Shown here piece after piece: positions 1 to 8,453 of a stretch of 31,901 nucleotides of DNA. The position numbers and the translations under genes were made by a program. The stretch is from Candidatus Methylomirabilia bacterium. Its GTDB lineage: Bacteria > Methylomirabilota > Methylomirabilia > Rokubacteriales > CSP1-6. Each line of letters starts with the position of its first letter. The first letter of the stretch is position 1. Location of the stretch: positions 1-31,901 of the forward strand of contig JBGQHJ010000041.1 in NCBI GenBank assembly GCA_041497895.1. Reading direction: 5' to 3'. The notes under the pieces were generated by a model. The model was given only the letters and a program-made list of their open reading frames with translations, searched no databases and was not told the origin of the DNA.

Positions 1-405
1 CCGCAGGGCGGCCGGCTGCCGATCTGGATCGGCGGCGGCTCCGAGCCCGCCTACCGGCGCGTGGGACGCCTGGGCGACGGCTGGCTCGCGAGCCGCGTCA
101 CCGACGCGGCCGGCGCGCGCCTGGCCATCGAGTCCATCCATCGCCACGCGGAGGCGGCCGGGCGCGACCCCGGCGCCATCGGGCTGCAGAGCATGGTGGC
201 GCCTCCGCCGCGCGACGCGGCCGGCAAGACCTTCTACGGAGACCACGACCAGGTGGTGGCCCGCGTGGCCGCGCTCAAGGCGATGGGCTTCGGCTGGGTC
301 ACGCTCAACGCCACCGCGATCTTCCAGGCCGGCGCGCGCTCCGTGGAAGCCATGACGGCCGAGCTCCACCGGCTGCACGATCGCATCCGCGCCGAGGTCG
401 GCTGA
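1..405 (+). CDS. LLM-class flavin/F420-dependent oxidoreductase, C-terminal part (5' truncated by window edge)
   Basis: Frame 1 is open from base 1: PQGGRLPIWIGGGSEPAYRRVGRLGDGW, the typical luciferase-like 'PIWIGG..A.RR..R.GDGW' motif. Confidence 0.85.
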   Translation, partial: PQGGRLPIWIGGGSEPAYRRVGRLGDGWLASRVTDAAGARLAIESIHRHAEAAGRDPGAIGLQSMVAPPPRDAAGKTFYGDHDQVVARVAALKAMGFGWVTLNATAIFQAGARSVEAMTAELHRLHDRIRAEVG

Positions 406-412
406 GCCGCAC

Positions 413-1270
413 TTGACCCCGCCTCCGCAGGTGATGGCGCTGGGGAGCGCCCTGTGCGCCGCGTGCGCCACCCTCCTCATCCAGCGCGGGCTGCAGCGCT
501 CCAACTTCTACGCGGGCGCCTGGATCAACGTGGTGGTCGGCGCGATCGCCGCCTGGTCCGCGACGCTGCTGCTCGTGCCGTGGCACGCCTACACCTGGCG
601 CGCGGTCCCCTACTTCGTCTTCTCCGGCGTGGTCGGCACCGCGGGAGGGCGGCTCTTCCGCGTGCTCGCCATCCAGAAGGTCGGCGCGCCGGTGGCGGCC
701 GCGATCAACAACCTGGCTCCGCTCGTGGCCACCATCCTCGCCATCCTCCTGCTGGGCGAGCACGTCACCGTGCCGATCCTGGGCGGCACCCTGGTCATCG
801 TGGCCGGTACGATCCTCCTCTCGCTGAGCGGCCGTTACGTGGGCTTTCGCCCCCGCGATCTCGTCTACCCGTTCATCGCCGCCTCGTGCTTCGGCACCGT
901 CGCGATCGTGCGCAAGCTCGGGCTCAGCACCGCGGGCCCGCTCTTCGACGCCGCGATCAACGTCACCGCGGCGCTGGTCGCCTCGACCACCTTCGTGGCC
1001 GCCTCCGGCCACCTGACCTCGCTCCGCTGCGATCGGCGAAGCCTCGGCTGGTTCGTGGCGGGCGGGATCGCGGAGAACACCGGCGTCTTCCTGATCCTGC
1101 TCGCGCTCGGATTCGGCGACGTCAGCGTGGTGATCCCGCTCGCCGGCACCGCACCGCTCTTCGTCCTGCTCATCACCTATTTCATCCCGAAGGAGGCGGC
1201 GCGCCTGCACTGGCGGCTGGTCGCGGGCGCGGTGATGATCGTCCTCGGCGTGATGGTTCTGACCGGCTGA
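413..1270 (+). CDS. DMT/EamA family transporter
   Basis: 285 aa with about 10 hydrophobic segments in two EamA-like halves (PLVATILAILLLGEHV; PLFVLL...PKE). Start could be TTG 413 or a downstream GTG/ATG. Confidence 0.85.
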   Translation: MTPPPQVMALGSALCAACATLLIQRGLQRSNFYAGAWINVVVGAIAAWSATLLLVPWHAYTWRAVPYFVFSGVVGTAGGRLFRVLAIQKVGAPVAAAINNLAPLVATILAILLLGEHVTVPILGGTLVIVAGTILLSLSGRYVGFRPRDLVYPFIAASCFGTVAIVRKLGLSTAGPLFDAAINVTAALVASTTFVAASGHLTSLRCDRRSLGWFVAGGIAENTGVFLILLALGFGDVSVVIPLAGTAPLFVLLITYFIPKEAARLHWRLVAGAVMIVLGVMVLTG

Positions 1271-1276
1271 CGCTCT

Positions 1277-1362
1277 CCCTCTCCCCCGCCGAGGGGGAGA
1301 GGGCAGGGTGAGGGGCCCGGTGGTGAGGGGCCCGGTGGTGAGGGGGCCCCGTGGTGAGGGGG
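1277..1362 (+). repeat. REP-like hairpin plus 15-16 bp tandem repeat (copy 1)
   Basis: CCCTCTCCCCC(1277-1287)-GCCGA-GGGGGAGAGGG(1293-1303), then about 3.5 copies of GGTGAGGGGCCCGGT from 1307; lies between convergent stop codons. Confidence 0.9.
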
Positions 1363-1365
1363 AAG

Positions 1366-3675
1366 CTACCGTCGCGCGGCGATCACCATCGCGTGGATGT
1401 CCTCCCGCGTCACCGGCACGCGCTCGATCGGGGCGCAGCCGAACGGGGCCAGCGCGTCCTCGATGGCCTGCGCGATCAGCGGGTGCACCGGCATGATCCC
1501 GCCCTCGCCGGCCCCCTTGGCCCCGAGCGGGTTCAGCGGCGTGGGCGACTCCAGGTGGCGCAGCTCGAAGACGGCGGGGGCGTCGGCCGCGGTGGCCAGC
1601 ACGTAGTCCATCAGCGTCGCGGTGAGGCGCTGGCCGCCCTCGTCGTAGGCAAGCTGCACGTTGAGCGCGTCGGGCAGCCCCTGCACCACCGCGCCGTGGA
1701 TCTGGCCGTCCACGATGCCGGGCTCGAGCACGTGCCCGCAATCGTGGGCCACGATCCAGCGCAGCACGGTCACCGCGCCGGTGTCCGGGTCCACCTCGAG
1801 CACCACCGCGTGGGTGCCGTTGGCGAAGCTCGACTGCGAGACCGCGAAGACCTGGGTGTCCTCGAGCCCGGCCGTCTCGCCGGGCGCCCGCCCGCCATGG
1901 GCCGCCGACGCGACCTCGGGCCAGCCGATCGCGCGGCTCGGCAGCCCGCGCACCGAGAAACGCCCGGCCTCGACCACCACGTCGGCCGGCGCGGCCTCGA
2001 GCAGGTGCGCGGCGACCCGCCGCGCCTTGTCGAGCACCGCGCGCGAGGCCAGCAGCGCCGCGCTGCCGCCGATGGCCGCGGTGCGGCTGCCGTAGGTGCC
2101 GCCGCCGGTGCCGACCAGCGCGGTGTCGCCGGTCAGCACCTCGATGGCGTCGGGGTCCACGCCGAGCTGACGGCCGACCAGGCGCGAGAACATCGTCACG
2201 TGCCCCTGGCCCTGCGGGGCGGCCCCGCTCACCACGGTGACGCGCCCGTCGGGGTGCACGCGCACCACCGCGCTCTCGTTCGGCACGGTGGCGGTGGCCT
2301 CCACGTAGTTGACGAGGCCGATCCCGAGATAGCGGCCGGCCGCTCGGAGGCGCGCCTGCTCCCGCCGGGCCGCGGGCAGGTCGAGCGCCTCGAGCGCCAG
2401 CGCCATGCAGCGCGGGTAGTCGCCGCTGTCGTAGTCGACGGGCCCGCGCCCCGCAGTGGTGAGCCCGGTGGCATACGGATGCCGGTCGGCCGGCACCAGG
2501 TTGCGACGGCGCAGCTCGACCGGGTCCATCCGGAGCTCGCGCGCGAGCGCGTCCATCGCCCGCTCGATCACCCCGGTGCCGTACGGGCGGCCGGCGCCGC
2601 GGTAGGCGCCCACCGGCGTGGTGGTGGTCACCACGCCGCGGAAGCTCAGGTCGAGGCTCGGGATGACGTAGGAGCCGACCGAGTGGATCATCGCGTTCTG
2701 CGGCAGGTTGAGGCCGGAGATGGTGTAGGCGCCCATCTCGTGGAGGAAGTCGTCCCGGAGCCCAAGCAGCGCGCCCTCGCGGGTGGCCGCGATCGTCACG
2801 TCGTGCACCTGGTCGCGCTCCACGCAGGCCACCAGGGTGTGCTCGCGCCGCGTCTCGACCCACTTGATCGGCCGGTCGAGCCGGCGGGCGAGCTCGGCCA
2901 CCACGATGTACTCCGGGTAGTACATGCCCTTGGTGCCGAAGCCGCCGCCCACGTCGGGCGGGGCGATCACGCGCACCCGATCCTCGGGCAGCCCGAGCTG
3001 CCCCGCGATCACCCCGCGGTGGCGGTGGACCATCTGCACCGCGCCGCGGATCGTCAGCGTGCCGGCGCGCCACTCGGCGACGAGCGCGCGCGGCTCGAGG
3101 GGATGCGCGCCGCCGCGGGCGAGCCGGATGCGCGTGCGCACGACCACCGGCGCGTCGCGGATCGCCGCCTCCGCGTCGCCCACACGCTGGCGCCACTCCG
3201 CGACCACGTTGCTGCCGATCTCCTCGTGGAGGATGGGCGCGCCCGGGGCCAGCGCGGCCTCCACGTCCACCACCGCGGGCAGCGGCTCGTACTCGACGCG
3301 GATCAGGTCGAGCGCGTCGTGGGCGCGGTAGACGTCGTCGGCGATCACCACCGCCACCGGCTCGCCCACGAAGCGCACGCGGTCGGCCGCGAGCGGGCGA
3401 ATCTTGCAGGGCACCGGCAGCGCGGGATGCGGGGCGTAGATCGGCATCGGCTCACCCACCGCGCCCAGATCCGACGCCACGAAGACACCCACCACGCCGG
3501 GCGCGCGCCGCGCCGCCGCCCCGTCGATCGATCGGATCCGCGCGTGCGCGTGCGGCGTGCGCAGCATCGCGGCGTGCAGGCACCCCGGCACGCGCAGATC
3601 GTCGACGAACTCCCCCGTCCCGGTGATCAGCCGCGGATCTTCCCTCCGCCGTACCGCACCCGCGTGCTCAGCCAT
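1366..3675 (-). CDS. Xanthine dehydrogenase family molybdopterin-binding large subunit (CoxL/CutL form II-like)
   Basis: RREDPRLITG.GEFVDD N-terminus, VGGGFGTK, active-site loop AYRGAGRP, QGQGH, GQIHG, NPLGAKGAGEGG with catalytic Glu. Confidence 0.92.
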   Translation of the reverse strand: MAEHAGAVRRREDPRLITGTGEFVDDLRVPGCLHAAMLRTPHAHARIRSIDGAAARRAPGVVGVFVASDLGAVGEPMPIYAPHPALPVPCKIRPLAADRVRFVGEPVAVVIADDVYRAHDALDLIRVEYEPLPAVVDVEAALAPGAPILHEEIGSNVVAEWRQRVGDAEAAIRDAPVVVRTRIRLARGGAHPLEPRALVAEWRAGTLTIRGAVQMVHRHRGVIAGQLGLPEDRVRVIAPPDVGGGFGTKGMYYPEYIVVAELARRLDRPIKWVETRREHTLVACVERDQVHDVTIAATREGALLGLRDDFLHEMGAYTISGLNLPQNAMIHSVGSYVIPSLDLSFRGVVTTTTPVGAYRGAGRPYGTGVIERAMDALARELRMDPVELRRRNLVPADRHPYATGLTTAGRGPVDYDSGDYPRCMALALEALDLPAARREQARLRAAGRYLGIGLVNYVEATATVPNESAVVRVHPDGRVTVVSGAAPQGQGHVTMFSRLVGRQLGVDPDAIEVLTGDTALVGTGGGTYGSRTAAIGGSAALLASRAVLDKARRVAAHLLEAAPADVVVEAGRFSVRGLPSRAIGWPEVASAAHGGRAPGETAGLEDTQVFAVSQSSFANGTHAVVLEVDPDTGAVTVLRWIVAHDCGHVLEPGIVDGQIHGAVVQGLPDALNVQLAYDEGGQRLTATLMDYVLATAADAPAVFELRHLESPTPLNPLGAKGAGEGGIMPVHPLIAQAIEDALAPFGCAPIERVPVTREDIHAMVIAARR

Positions 3676-3685
3676 CGCTTCGTTC

Positions 3686-3770
3686 GGGGTCAGGTCTTAC
3701 ATTCCGACATTTCCAGCCCGGCACGCCTCGGCCGCGCGCGGAAAAATGTCGGAATGTAAGACCTGACCCC
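3686..3770. repeat. 85-bp element with perfect 27-bp terminal inverted repeats (MITE/REP-like)
   Basis: GGGGTCAGGTCTTACATTCCGACATTT (3686-3712) and its exact reverse complement (3744-3770), with a 31-nt spacer. Confidence 0.9.
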
Positions 3771-3771
3771 A

Positions 3772-5286
3772 TCAGCTTTCGGCGGGGAGGCGGGAGCGCC
3801 AGTCCAGGGTGCGGGAGACGAGGGGGCGGAGGGCGAGGGCCACCAGGATCACGCCGACCGAGAGCAGCGCGAGGGAGATCGGGCGGGTGACGAAGATCGA
3901 GTAGTGGCCGGCCGACATGGCGAGGGACTGGCGAAGAGACAGCTCCATCATCGGGGCCAGGACCAGCCCCAGCACGATGGGCGCGGTCTCGAAGTCAAGC
4001 TTGCGCAGCAGGTAGCCGAGGACGCCGGTGCCCAGCATGATCCACACGTCGACCACGCTGCTGTTGACCGCGTAGACGCCCAGGATCGAGCACACGAGGA
4101 TGATCGGGTACATCACCGGGTACGGCACCCGCAGCAGGTTCACGAAGAGCCCGACCAGCGGCAGGTTCAGGATCAATAGAATGACGTTGCCGACGTACAT
4201 CGAGGCGATGAAGCCCCAGAAGAGCCGCGGGTCCTGCTGGATCAGGAGCGGCCCCGGCGTCACCCCGTGCACCATCATGGCGGCCAGCAGCAGCGCGGCC
4301 ACCGGCACCCCGGGCACGCCGAGCGCCAGCATCGGCACGAAGGCTCCCGACGTCGCCGCGTTGTTGGCCGACTCGGGCCCGGCCACGCCCGCCACCGCGC
4401 CCCGCCCGAACTCCTCCGGGTGCTTCGAGACCTTGCGCTCGACCGCGTAGGACACGAAGGTCGAGATGACGTGCGCGGAGCCCGGGATGATCCCGATCAG
4501 AAAACCGATCGCGGTCCCGCGCCAGATCGGCATGTTGGCCTCGCGCCACTCCTGCCGGGACGGCAGCAGATCGCGCAGGCGCGGGCGGATGACTTCCGGC
4601 GGGTTGGGTTGCCCGGCGGTCAAGAGAATCTCCGCCAGGCCGAAGAGGCCCACCGCCACCGGCACCACCCCGATACCGTCGCCCAGCTCGGCGACCCCGT
4701 AGGCGAAGCGGAAGTAGCCGCTCATCTGGTCGATGCCGATCATGCCGAGCAGCAGGCCGAGCGCGGCCATGGCCAGGCCCTTCAGCATCGAGCCCGAGTT
4801 CATGTAGGCCAGCACCAGCAGGCCGAGCAGCAGCAGCGAGAAGTACTCGGGCGGTCCGAAGCGCAGCGCGAAGGCGGCGAGCGGCGGAGCCAGGAACATC
4901 AGGGCGATCACGCTCACCGTGCCCGCCACGTAGGAGCCCACCGCGGCGATCGCGAGCGCCGGCCCCGCGCGGCCCTTGCGCGCCATCGCGTAGCCGTCGA
5001 TGCACGTCATCACCGAGGCGGCCTCGCCCGGGATGCGCATCAGGATCGAGGTGGTGGAGCCGCCGTACATGGCGCCGTAGTAGATGCCGGCCAGCATCAC
5101 CAGCGCGCTGGTGGCGTCGAGGCCGTAGGTGACGGGCAGCAGCAGGCTGATGCCGGCGAGCGGCCCCACGCCCGGCAGCACGCCCACGAGCGTGCCGACC
5201 AGGCAGCCGATGAAGCCGTACCAGAGGACGGCGGGCGCGAGCGCCACCTGGAAGCCCAGGCCCAGGTTCTGGAGGGTCTCGAGCAT
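3772..5286 (-). CDS. tctA: Tripartite tricarboxylate transporter large permease TctA
   Basis: True start MLETLQNLGLGF at 5286, overlapping the tctB stop (TGATG); motifs GVLPGVGP, YGAMYGGSTTSIL..IPG and GPESANNA; 504 aa. Confidence 0.93.
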   Translation of the reverse strand: MLETLQNLGLGFQVALAPAVLWYGFIGCLVGTLVGVLPGVGPLAGISLLLPVTYGLDATSALVMLAGIYYGAMYGGSTTSILMRIPGEAASVMTCIDGYAMARKGRAGPALAIAAVGSYVAGTVSVIALMFLAPPLAAFALRFGPPEYFSLLLLGLLVLAYMNSGSMLKGLAMAALGLLLGMIGIDQMSGYFRFAYGVAELGDGIGVVPVAVGLFGLAEILLTAGQPNPPEVIRPRLRDLLPSRQEWREANMPIWRGTAIGFLIGIIPGSAHVISTFVSYAVERKVSKHPEEFGRGAVAGVAGPESANNAATSGAFVPMLALGVPGVPVAALLLAAMMVHGVTPGPLLIQQDPRLFWGFIASMYVGNVILLILNLPLVGLFVNLLRVPYPVMYPIILVCSILGVYAVNSSVVDVWIMLGTGVLGYLLRKLDFETAPIVLGLVLAPMMELSLRQSLAMSAGHYSIFVTRPISLALLSVGVILVALALRPLVSRTLDWRSRLPAES

Positions 5287-5723
5287 CAGCCAAAGATCCC
5301 GCGCGGCAGCGGCACCCGCAGGAGCGTGTCGAACACGTAGAACGAGCCCCACGCCATCACGATCGTGAGGCCGAGCCCGAGGACCCAGCCCTTGCGCTCG
5401 AGGACGAGGAGCAGGAAGCCCACCACCACCGCCATGGTGATCCGGTAGCCCATGCGGTCGAGCCCCCACGCCGCGAACGCGCAGGCCGCGAAGATCGCCA
5501 CCGCGTGGCGCCACTCCGGCCAGCCGACCTCGCGCAGCGTGCGGGCCCGCGCGCCCATGACGAAGACGGCCGCGCCGAAGACGATCAGCAGCCCGGCCAG
5601 CAGGACCGGCATGTAAGCGGGCCCGGGATGGTGGAGCGATCCGAGCGGGAAGGCCCGGCTCTCCCACACGGTGGCGAGCCCGATGAGGACGAGCGCCACC
5701 CCGGCGACGCGGTCGACGGTCAT
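5286..5723 (-). CDS. tctB: Tripartite tricarboxylate transporter small subunit TctB
   Basis: 145 aa with 4 TM segments, PGPAYMP and C-terminal F..LLRVPLPRG; located between tctC and tctA. Confidence 0.88.
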   Translation of the reverse strand: MTVDRVAGVALVLIGLATVWESRAFPLGSLHHPGPAYMPVLLAGLLIVFGAAVFVMGARARTLREVGWPEWRHAVAIFAACAFAAWGLDRMGYRITMAVVVGFLLLVLERKGWVLGLGLTIVMAWGSFYVFDTLLRVPLPRGIFG

Positions 5724-5736
5724 GGCGCGGGCGGGA

Positions 5737-6723
5737 TCACTCCACCTTGCCGATCTGCTTCACCACCTCCGCCAACCGCTCCGCGTCCTTCGCCCACCAC
5801 GCGTTGAACTCGTCGGCGTCCATGTAGGCGATGGGCGTCTCGAGCTTGGCGTGCGAGGTGATCACCTCGGGCGACTGCACCGCCTGCCGCGTGGCGTCGC
5901 GGAGGATCTTGACGATGTGCGGCGGGGTGGCCTTGGGCGCGATGAGGCCGGCCCACGCGGTGTACTCCACGTCGTAGCCCTGCGACCTGAACGTCGGCAC
6001 CTCCGGGTAGGCCGCCACCGGCCCGGCGCCGCTGTGGGCGAGCAGCCGCAGCTTTCCCGCCTTCACGTGGGCCGCAGCCAGGCTGACCGGGGTCATCACC
6101 GCCTGGGCGTGGCCGCCCAGGATCGCGTTCATCATGGGCCCGCCCCCGGTGGTGGGCAGGTGGCGGAGCTTGATGCCGGCGGCCCGCATGAACATCTCCA
6201 TCGGGATGTGCGCGGTGCCGTAGAGGCCGGAGGAGCTGAACACGATCTCGCCCGGCCGCCTCTTGGCGTCCTCCACGAAGTCCCTGAGCGTCTTCCACGG
6301 CGTGTCGGCGCGGACCACCAGCATGGATGGGTCCGCGTTGATTCTGGCGATGCCGGTGAACTGCTCGCGCGTGTAGTTCTGCGGGCGGCCGAAGAGCTTG
6401 TCCACCTCGGGCAGGACCGAGACGCTGACCAGCGCCATCAGCAGCGTGTAGCCGTCGGGCTTCGCCGTCGCCACCGTCTGGTTGCCCACCGCCCCCGCCG
6501 CGCCCGCCTTGTTGATGATGGCCACCGGCTGCTTGAGGATGCGCTCGAGCGCGGTCGCCACCGGCCGCGCGGTGTTGTCGGCGAGCCCGCCCGGCGGGAA
6601 CGCCACCACCATGGAGATGGGCCGCGTGGGATAGGGGTCCTCCGCCCACGCGGGACCGGCGGCGGACAGCGCGGCCAAGAGGACGGTCAGGCAGGTCCCC
6701 GCGAGCGCTCGGATCATGCGCAT
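5737..6723 (-). CDS. tctC: Tripartite tricarboxylate transporter substrate-binding protein (TctC/Bug family)
   Basis: Signal peptide, YPTRPISMVVAFPPGG..D, NKAGAAG, AKPDGYTLL, SSGLYGTAH, PEVPT; AAGGAG RBS upstream. Confidence 0.93.
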   Translation of the reverse strand: MRMIRALAGTCLTVLLAALSAAGPAWAEDPYPTRPISMVVAFPPGGLADNTARPVATALERILKQPVAIINKAGAAGAVGNQTVATAKPDGYTLLMALVSVSVLPEVDKLFGRPQNYTREQFTGIARINADPSMLVVRADTPWKTLRDFVEDAKRRPGEIVFSSSGLYGTAHIPMEMFMRAAGIKLRHLPTTGGGPMMNAILGGHAQAVMTPVSLAAAHVKAGKLRLLAHSGAGPVAAYPEVPTFRSQGYDVEYTAWAGLIAPKATPPHIVKILRDATRQAVQSPEVITSHAKLETPIAYMDADEFNAWWAKDAERLAEVVKQIGKVE

Positions 6724-6820
6724 CTCCTTTGATGGGGGTGTCGGGACGGTGGGGCCAGGGCGGAAGCCTAGCAGCCGGTCGGGCGGCCGGTCAAGGCGCT
6801 CCCGGCGCCGAGCCCGCGGG

Positions 6821-6829
6821 TGCTACGAT
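6821..6829 (+). promoter_or_regulatory. Putative extended -10 element (TGn-TACGAT) upstream of the PAS sensor gene
   Basis: TGCTACGAT lies in the divergent intergenic region, 15 nt upstream of ATG 6845. Confidence 0.35.
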
Positions 6830-6844
6830 CGATGACAGCCCACG

Positions 6845-8443
6845 ATGAGACCGAGTCCGGGTTCGGTTGTGCCCAGGGTCCTCCAAGGCTGGTGCGCCGG
6901 GGTCTCGGCGCTCTGCGCCCTCGTGGGGCTCGCGGTGTTGCTGGGCGGCTGGGCCCTGGGCCTCGAGGCCCTCGCGCTGCTGAAGCGCTCCACCGCGACC
7001 TGTTTCGCGCTGGCCGGCGCCGCGCTCTGGGTGCTGGGCGAGCGCCCCGCCTCCGCGCGGGTCCGGGTCCTGGCCGACGGCGCCGCCGCGGTGGTGGCCG
7101 TCATCGCGGCGACCGCGCTGGTCGGCTCTCTCGCCGGGATGGAGCCGGCCGGGCGCATGGCGCCGCTCACCTCGGTCTGCTTCCTGATGCTCGCGCTGGC
7201 GCTCCTGAGCGTGGACCGCGACGCGGTCTTCCCCACCGGCCAGCGGCTCGCGGTGGCGTCCGGCTTCGTCGCGCTGCTCGGCGTGGCCACGTGGCTCTAC
7301 GGTGTCGCGGCGGCGCCATCCCGGGGCCCCGGGGCGAGCGACATGGCGCCCCTCACCGGAATTCTTCTGGGCGCGCTGAGCTTCGCGGTGACCGCGATCC
7401 GGCCGGGCCGCGGCGCCACCGGCATCCTCGTCCAGGACACCGCGGGCGGGATGGTGGCCCGCTGGGTGCTCCCGGGCACCGTGCTGGGCTCGCTGCTCGT
7501 CGGCGCGATCGGCCTGGCCGGCGAGCGGGCCGGCCTCTACGGTCGCGAGCTCGGCGTGGCCCTGACGACGGTGGCGAGCCTCTCGCTCTTCTCGGCCCTG
7601 GTCTGGCTCATCGCGGTGCGCCTGCACCGCACCGACGCCCGCCGCCTGGCCGTCGAGCTGGAGCTGCGCCGGGTCAACGCGGAGCTGGAGGCGCGGGTGG
7701 AGACGCGCACGCGTGAGCTCGCCGAATCCGAAAGCCGCTACCGTCGCCTGATCGAGAAGTCGCCCGACGGGATCATGATCCATCAGGAGGGGGTGATCCG
7801 GTTCATCAACCCGGTAGGCCTGCGGATGTTCGGGTACACCGAGCCGGTCGAGGTGGTGGGCCAGCCGGTGCTCGGCTATATCGCCCCCGGGCACCGCGAC
7901 CTGGTCTCCGCGCGCGTGGCCGCGCGGCTGCGGGGCAATCCGACGCCGAACCTCTTCGAAGTGGAGGTGCTCAGGCCGGACGGCAGCCGTTTCTGGATCG
8001 GGGCGGTGGCCACCGTGGTCGACTGGGAGGGCAGCCCGGCTACCCTCGTCTCGTTCGTGGACGTCAGCGAGCAGCGGCGGGTCCAGGCCGCGGAGCGCGA
8101 GGCCGAGAGCCTCCGCGCGGTGGCCAAGCTGGCCAACGCGGCGGCGCACGAGATCAACAACCCGTTGACCGTGGTGGGCGGCAACATCCACCTGCTGGCC
8201 GCGCGGCTCGGCGACCGGCCCGATCTCCAGCGGTACTTCGACCGCGCCCTCCGCGGGGTGCAGAGCATCTCCGAGATGGTCTCCCACATGGCGCGCATCA
8301 CGCGTCTGGCGCCGCTCGCGCACCTGGACACCGCGGGGGTGCCGATCCTGGACCTGCGCGGCTCGAGCCAGCCCGCCGAGCCCAACTCCGCCCTCACCCC
8401 CGAGCCGGGACCTGCCCCGGAGGAGTCGCCGCGACCGTTGTAG
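6845..8443 (+). CDS. Multi-pass membrane PAS-domain sensor with HisKA (DHp) domain but no HATPase domain
   Basis: About 7 TM N-terminus, coiled coil ELEARVETRTREL, PAS (YRRLIEKSPDGI...RPDGSRFWI), H-box AHEINNPL; the protein ends shortly after with no N/G1/F/G2 boxes. Confidence 0.85.
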   Translation: MRPSPGSVVPRVLQGWCAGVSALCALVGLAVLLGGWALGLEALALLKRSTATCFALAGAALWVLGERPASARVRVLADGAAAVVAVIAATALVGSLAGMEPAGRMAPLTSVCFLMLALALLSVDRDAVFPTGQRLAVASGFVALLGVATWLYGVAAAPSRGPGASDMAPLTGILLGALSFAVTAIRPGRGATGILVQDTAGGMVARWVLPGTVLGSLLVGAIGLAGERAGLYGRELGVALTTVASLSLFSALVWLIAVRLHRTDARRLAVELELRRVNAELEARVETRTRELAESESRYRRLIEKSPDGIMIHQEGVIRFINPVGLRMFGYTEPVEVVGQPVLGYIAPGHRDLVSARVAARLRGNPTPNLFEVEVLRPDGSRFWIGAVATVVDWEGSPATLVSFVDVSEQRRVQAAEREAESLRAVAKLANAAAHEINNPLTVVGGNIHLLAARLGDRPDLQRYFDRALRGVQSISEMVSHMARITRLAPLAHLDTAGVPILDLRGSSQPAEPNSALTPEPGPAPEESPRPL

Positions 8444-8453
8444 ACTACCCGCC

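Noticed and set aside
1307..1362. Tandem repeats here and at 26934-26978 as a mini-CRISPR array
   Set aside because: Units are contiguous with no unique spacers, only 15-16 bp long, and there are no cas genes.
1366..3675. Bona fide aerobic CO dehydrogenase (form I coxL)
   Set aside because: The active-site loop is AYRGAGR, not AYxCSFR, and no coxM/S or accessory genes are adjacent.
305..3759. Long ORFs 305-3196 (-, 963 aa) and 1351-3759 (+, 802 aa)
   Set aside because: Arg/Gly/Pro-rich shadow frames overlapping the well-supported EamA and molybdoenzyme genes; expected when stop codons are rare at high GC.
3686..3770. Autonomous IS/Tn3 element or intrinsic terminator
   Set aside because: There is no transposase and no target-site duplication (flanks CGTTC / ATCAG), and no U-tract follows the stem on either strand.
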